Below are positions 56,820-64,000 of a stretch of 64,000 nt of DNA, piece after piece (the stretch's first letter is position 1; each line of letters opens with the position of its first letter). The notes below the pieces were generated by a model. That model saw nothing but the letters and a program-made list of their open reading frames with translations, was not told the origin of the DNA and made no database searches. This DNA comes from Octopus sinensis (Eukaryota). The position numbers and the translations under genes are program-made. Location: NCBI RefSeq assembly GCF_006345805.1, contig NC_042998.1, positions 176,328,001 through 176,392,000 on the forward strand. The letters are read 5' to 3'.

Positions 56820-57415
56820 ATATATATTACGCTCGCACGCACACACATATATACATTTATATATGTGCGTGTGTGTTCTATCTATGCATATGTATGTGTA
56901 TGTATTCTTCGCTGTATTTGATTCACAGCGTCTCGCGACTCGTGTTGGTTCGTTCGTGTTCGCTTTAGCCAAAGTGTCTGACTTAAAATAAGTATTGAGG
57001 CAAAAACTAATGATCTGAAACACTCAATGCAGTACTCCAGCATGGCGGCAGTCCAGTAACAGAAAACAAAGCTGAAATAAAAGTAGGCACGTGCGTTTGT
57101 ATGGATGACTGAAATTCTATGCTGACGTACTTTTATGTAAAGTGGGTCAGACATTGTTTGAATAATATTCTCGGTACACTAAACTTTGTCGAAGAATATT
57201 TGGAATAATGAGTTGTTTATGTTATTATCTCACCAACTGTGCTGTTTGTACTTCAGGTTGTATATACGTATACGACAACAATACTAAAAAAAAGTAACAG
57301 AGATAAACAGTCACAGGCACAAACGAATGTGAGTGTGTGTGTTGTGTGTGTGTGTGTGTGTGTGTACAGACATCATAAATAGACACTTATATACACATAC
57401 TTATATACACTTATT

Positions 57416-57462
<47 letters not shown>

Positions 57463-57560
57463 GATATTTATGTTGATTTGAATATATATATACTTATATA
57501 CATACACGCATATATGTGTATATATACAAGCATATATATTATTTATATATATATATATAT

Positions 57561-57617
<57 letters not shown>

Positions 57618-57620
57618 ATA

Positions 57621-57675
<55 letters not shown>

Positions 57676-58115
57676 ATATAATAGAGAGAGAGAGTGGGGA
57701 CGGAGAGCGACAAAGATAAAGAGATACATTGATAGATAGTAATACAAACATATATATATATATGTATACGGAATGTTGTCGTACGTATTGAATATATATT
57801 TATGAGCATATATAATTATATATATGTATATACATGTGTGTGTATGTGTGTATGTGTGTTTGAGTGTGTACGTATGCATGTATGTATGTATGTATGTGTA
57901 TATGTATGTGTGTGTGTGTGTATGTATGTATATATGTATGTATGTATGTATGTATCTATGTGTGTGTGTATGTTTGTGTATTATTATGTACGCATGAATG
58001 TTTATACGTATATATTCAATCACGCCATATTTGATCGCTGATAAATATTGCATGTATATAAGTGTGTGTGTGTGTGTGTTAGTATGTGTGTGTATTCGTC
58101 TGTGCATGTGTGTGT

Positions 58116-58150
<35 letters not shown>

Positions 58151-58301
58151 ATGTGAAATAGAAAGATGAATAATCTTGTAGTAGATTAATCAAAAGTTTA
58201 ACCGATACCTTAGTAGCAAAAATCACAGCAGTAAACAGCACGGTTGGAGGTACAACCATCTGGCGTTGCAACCGTGCGTTGGTGCGGATAATTGAAATTA
58301 A

Positions 58302-59716
58302 AACATTATTGGTGAATTGAAGAAATGGAGCTGAATGCAGATTTAACAGAAATCGTTTTATTTCATTCTACACGTGTTTCGAAAGGCACAAATTACCAAA
58401 ATCCGATTGAATAATGGGACCATATTGTGTCTTTCTCTTCAGGAAGAAAAAAGGAAATCCGCTGGAAAAACAAAAACAGAACAGAGGCTGAGCAAAAACA
58501 AATCGAACTATGCTCCTAAGAGCCCATGGCGAAACTGTTTATCAATGTATGTTGAGAACCGGTGGCTGAAGAATTCAACGGGTCAGGCATCGGTCAATCA
58601 TGTGGGTGAGGGTGTATAGATGTTCTTTGTGACCGAGCATAAAGTTCTGACTATTTAAGGAATATTGGATGTTTTATAAGGGGCGAGAAAAAATCTACTT
58701 AGAGACGTGTGTGTGTGTATACTGTTCTATATATGTGTGTGTTGGCGTAGGGGTAGAAAACATTTTTTGTGTACGTGTGTGCGTTTGATCGTTCGGCTGT
58801 CAGTGGCTACTGCCGTGATAATGGCCCTCCCATTTGATAGGGGCAGAAGACAGTGCAACCTTTGTGTCTCCGAACTCTTCCATATTTTGTTTGCCAGAGG
58901 CCGGATGGTAAACGGGCTCTTACAGTCGGCTTTTCGATGCCCCCATTGGCGGCGTTACACTTATCTGGCTTTTAAATAGCGTTTATAAATAATACCGGCA
59001 CCCATAGCCCTTGGTAACAAATTCTGAAAAGGCCTTTAAGATATCTACGATTAACCACTGCAAGGGGAATTACTCCTGTAAGACAAACGGGGCTTGGTTT
59101 TTTCACAGCGGGGGGTTTCCTTGACAAGGCAGGCTTAGATGAACACACACACACATAAAACATAATATATATATATATTTTTTCTTTCTGCCACCCAACG
59201 GTTATCACGGCAGTAGCCACTGACAGCCGAACGATCAAACGCACACACGTACACAAAAAATGTTTTCTACCCCTACGCCAACACACACATATACACAGTA
59301 TACACACACACACGTCTCTAAGTAGATTTTTTCTCGCCCCTTATAAAACATCCAATATTCCTTAAATAGTCAGAACTTTATGCTCGGTCACAAAGAACAT
59401 CTATACACCCTCACCCACATGATTGACCGATGCCTGACCCGTTGAATTCTTCAGCCACCGGTTCTCAACATACACTGATAAACAGTTTCGCCATGGGCTC
59501 TTAGGAGCATAGTTCGATTTGTTTTTGCTCAGCCTCTGTTCTGTTTTTGTTTTTCCAGCGGATTTCCTTTTTTCTTCCTGAAGAGAAAGACACAATATGG
59601 TCCCATTATTCAATCGGATTTTGGTAATTTGTGCCTTTCGAAACACGTGTAGAATGAAATAAAACGATTTCTGTTAAATCTGCGTTCAGCTCCATTTCTT
59701 CAATTCACCAATAATG

Positions 59717-59718
<2 letters not shown>
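58302..59718. mobile_element. 1.4-kb foldback structure with ~520-bp near-identical inverted arms, each carrying a canonical hammerhead
   Basis: Arms at 58302-58821 and 59202-59718, with near-identical ORF-track entries on opposite strands. HHRs at 58366-58445 (-) and 59575-59654 (+). Confidence 0.88.
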
Positions 59719-59749
<31 letters not shown>

Positions 59750-59816
59750 AATGCGTGAATATGTGCGTGACTTTTATTGTCTGTATGTATAAATATTATA
59801 TATATATATAATATAT

Positions 59817-59863
<47 letters not shown>

Positions 59864-60187
59864 TATATATACATACACACACATACACACACGCATACAC
59901 ACATACACACATGATCAATATATACACACAAATCAAGGTGTATGAAGAAGAAACAGCAATGAATTTAGAAGCTAAATTACTGTCTTTAAGCCTTGTGGTG
60001 GAACTTCAAGCAGATGTAAATACATTTTATTATTCCCTTCGTTCAATGAAAAATACCAAATACATATCCATCCATCGATCCATCAATACATGTATACAGA
60101 GTTCTATTTCGAGGGTTGCATGTATATTGCTTACGTATCTATCGCAGAACACACATCAAACAAAATTTGAATTTCAGTACTATATAT

Positions 60188-60586
60188 TTACTCTTTTACT
60201 TGTTTCAGTCATTTAACTGCGGCCATGCTGGAGCACTGCCTTTAGTCGAGCAAATCGACCCCGGGACTTATTCTTTGTAATCCCAGTACTTATTCTATCG
60301 GTCTCTTTTACCGAACCGCTAAGTTACGGGGACGTAAACACACCAGCATCGGTTGTCAAGCAATGCTAGGGGGACAAACACAGACACACAAACACACACA
60401 CACACATATATATACATATATACGACAGGCTTCTTTCAGTTTCCGTCTACCAAATCTACTCACAAGGCATTGGTCAGTCCGGGGCTATAGCAGAAGACAC
60501 TTGCCCAAGATGCCACGCAGTGGGAATTAACCCGGAACCATGTGGCTGGTAAGCAAGCTATTTACCACACAGCCACTCCTGCGCCT
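60188..60586 (-). mobile_element. Family C SINE, full length
   Basis: Ends CCACTCCTGCGCCT on the + strand. Near-identical to 16229-16654. Confidence 0.92.
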
Positions 60587-61174
60587 ACATAGATGCATAT
60601 GGACAATATTTAATATGTGATATATATTCTACGAAGTCAAAAAATATATCTGTTATGAACCTTATCTTAAATGGTAAATTCTGGATTTAAATTTTGATTA
60701 ACCCGAAGAAAATATTTTTCGTTCATGATGTAATTGATTTGTTCATCAATAAAAAGCGTGTTTAAAATAGGTGTAGTGAACCTCAATCCACATGTGTGTG
60801 TGTGTGTGTGTGTAATTATGTATATATATTTTGTTTAGATATTTAGTTGTCAACTGATGCAGAGAAATACGCCTGATCCAGTGTATGAAAGACAAATTAT
60901 GTATGGATATTCAACTGTTTAAGGATCGAAGACGAGCAACATTGAGAAGCGTGTCACGTAGAGTCACTTTTGAAGAAATTTTCCTCAACTCTACTCTCAG
61001 TATTGAGCACACTCTCGACTGCATTGCAATTTATAACACTGCAAATCCATAATCCATGTATGTATGTTATTATTCCGTTTTATTTCAAGATTTCTTGCCA
61101 ATAGAAAAAGAGCTGGTTTCTAACCTAGATCCGAGCCGCCTTCATTGGAATTTCAACATCAACATGTATGTATG

Positions 61175-61206
<32 letters not shown>

Positions 61207-61244
61207 TGTATGTATGTATGTATGTATGTATGTATGTATGTATG

Positions 61245-61276
<32 letters not shown>

Positions 61277-61737
61277 TGTATGTATGTATGTATGTACGTA
61301 CGTACGTATGTATGTATGTATGTATGTATGTATGTATGTATGTATGTATGTATGTATGTATGTATGTGTGTATGTACGTATGTATATGTGCGAGCGTGTA
61401 TGTGTTTATGTGTGTAACAGGAGATGGAAACTGCGGAAAGGAAAGGAAGAAGGAAACGAAGAAACGAGGTAATACATACAGATTAAAATGTGTTATTATT
61501 CTGCTCTAAATAGTTGGCTATAATAATATCTATTGACACACACACTCTTGAAGACTATAGAATTATTCTTTAGCCTAAGTCTACAGAAAAAAAAAATCTG
61601 GTAACTTTCAGCTGCAATTGTAATAGAGATTTTATACACATCGTTATCATAAGTGGTTAAGATAAATACTTATCTTGTAATTTCAGTGACTTCTGTATGT
61701 GTGTATATTCACGTATGTATTCGTGTGTGTCTGTCTT

Positions 61738-61786
<49 letters not shown>

Positions 61787-62277
61787 ATGTATGTATGTAT
61801 GTATGTATGTATGTATGTATGTGTATCTATTTATATCTGTCTCTATCTTTTTACATTTGAATTTTCCCATAAATGGGGAGCTGATTTCTAAAAACAAGCA
61901 AAGCTTCATTGCTGGAATTTAGATACAACATTGAAAAGTTATATTTTGAATGTCAGAAAAATGGCTTACATATTTTCACAGTTCGCTCTACAGTTTTCAG
62001 AATACAAACTAGATGTTTACTTTCTGGAAAGCCGACTTCTCTAGTTTAATCTTTACCTTAGTAATTAAAGATACAAATTTAAATGTAAATTTATAATCTA
62101 GGCCAAACCGTTATAGTGTGCTTGTATGTATGCATGTCATTGTTCAGTTTTATTTCAAGAATTCTTGCCAATATAGAAAGAACCGCTTTCTAACCTAGAT
62201 ACAAGGCTCCTTCATTGCAATTTCAACATCAATAATAGTGTATTTTTGTATGTATGTATGTATGTATGTATGTATGT

Positions 62278-62487
62278 ATGCCATTTGTGAGATTTCTCAT
62301 GAGTGCTACTGGTAACATGGAATCTAGTACAACCTGTTACATGGTCGGGTTGTCGCCGTCTCAACCTGTACTCCCATTAGGCTTTATATATATATTAATT
62401 TCAGATCTTTTTTAAATAAACCATGTAACAGGTTGTACTAGATTCCATGTTACCAGTAGCACTCAAGAGAAATCTCACAAATGGCAT
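62278..62487. mobile_element. Palindromic MITE-like element (68-bp arms) within (TATG)/(CATA) tracts
   Basis: Arms at 62278-62345 and 62420-62487 with about 1 mismatch. Confidence 0.75.
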
Positions 62488-63690
62488 ATATACATACATG
62501 CGCAAACATACATACATACATACATACATACATACATACATACATACATACATTCACTAAATTTCTTCCTATGTTCCACAAATGTTGCTTGTTGGCGTGG
62601 TTGCTTCGCAGTAAAATGATTTAATTCTGGATGCAGACCGTCCCAATATGATTTCAGTCGGTTCATAGAACCAACAGCGGGCTTTTTTTTTCGCTCTTGT
62701 ATGTCTCTTCTATGTTTTTTTAATTATTATAAATCTTCCACTGAGGAGGGAGCCGGTTTCCAACAAAGATACAAGGCTTCATCTTTGGGATGTAGTTAAC
62801 ACAGACAAATTCACATTTGGAACTTGAGAAAATTCTTGCATATTTTTACTGTTCCACTCACAGATATGACTTGCAATGTACGAATCAGCCGGTCTTCTTT
62901 TTATTTTTGATTATTTGAAATCTTCTAGTAAAGAAGGAGCTGATTTTAACAATGATACAAGGGTCCATCATTGGAATATAGATAACAAAATCAAATTCAC
63001 ATTTTAAACTTTAGAAAAGTTTTGTACACATTAAGCGTTTCGCTCACAGATTTTATTCTATAAAGATTTTATTCGTAATATGCGTGTTAACTTGTTAATT
63101 TCTTTTCCAGCAAACCTTATTTCCTAGATGCATGTATGTATGTATGTATACATGCACGCATGCACTCATGCATGTATGTTTGTATGTATGAACATAGGTA
63201 GGTAGGAAGGTAGGTAGGAAGGTAGGTAAGTAGGTAGATAGGTAGGTAGGTAGGTTTGTAGGTAGGTAGGTATGTAGGTAGGTAGGTAGGTGTGACATAG
63301 GTAGTAGAGCAGGGAAAGAAGAAAAAAAACTAGCTTTAAGTGCTTCTCGGAAGAACTTGACAATTCCCTCGTAGTTACTCTTGAAATATTAAAAAGATAT
63401 TTCATTGTCTTATGTTAATGTCGCGTATCCACCATTAGTGATGGACTATAGAAGGATTGTAAAGGGTACGAACTAGTCGTTTCTTTACAAAATTATCGCC
63501 CTATTCAATACGGTTATGTTACAGTTATATTAGAGCTGATCTTCATTCGGAGCATTTTTAAAAAATAAAATCAAGAGAAGATTACTAGTTTGTTTTGCAC
63601 ACATGTTTTATTTACTCAAACATTTGTTTTATTATTTTATTATTACTATATACACCAATCATTATAATTTTAATAAAATCATTATTCTTA

Positions 63691-63919
63691 TTTCTTTACT
63701 ACCCACAAGGGGCTAAACACAAAGAGGACAAACAAGGACAGACAAACGGATTAAGTCGATTACATCGACCCCAGTGCGTAACAGGTACTTAATTTATCGG
63801 CCCCGAAAGGATGAAAAGCAAAGTCGACCTCGGCGGAATTTGAACTTAGAACGCAACGGCAGACAAAATACGGCTACGCATTTCGCCCGGCGTGCTAACG
63901 TTTCTGCCAGCTCGCCGCC
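63691..63919 (-). mobile_element. Family A SINE, full length, with 17-bp TSD
   Basis: TAAAATCATTATTCTTA occurs at 63674-63690 and 63922-63938. Confidence 0.93.
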
Positions 63920-64000
63920 TTTAAAATCATTATTCTTAATGTTTGAAAAGAACCCGTTATTATTTGCATTATCACGTTCCAGAAGATAGGTCCTTTAGAT

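Noticed and set aside
63340-63400. CGGAAGA...GAAATATT hammerhead-like spacing
   Set aside because: No convincing stem I or stem II pairing.

Overview
AT-rich animal (eukaryotic) genomic DNA, most likely intronic or intergenic sequence of an octopus-type cephalopod. The organism is inferred from the SINE families and the extreme microsatellite load. I can support no intact host protein-coding gene or RNA gene; almost all ORF-track entries are translations of microsatellites or SINEs. The window holds at least three tRNA-derived SINE families, three mariner relics, a Chapaev-like transposase relic, an RTE 3' fragment, an R4/Dong-like fragment in (AAT)n, a non-autonomous Helitron, several foldback/MITE-like elements and two Penelope-like retroelement (PLE) relics (GIY-YIG and RT). 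The most interesting signal is about 12 hammerhead-ribozyme (HHR) folds. They sit in short non-coding elements, often next to (TA)n tracts, and show compensatory base changes. They include a G3-C8 core-swapped variant, an apparent A6U subfamily, a near-perfect 1.4-kb inverted structure with two canonical HHRs, and an HHR-to-HHR tandem of 829 nt. This suggests a PLE-mobilised, ribozyme-bearing (retrozyme-like) element system. All calls are by-eye readings, and most element boundaries are approximate.
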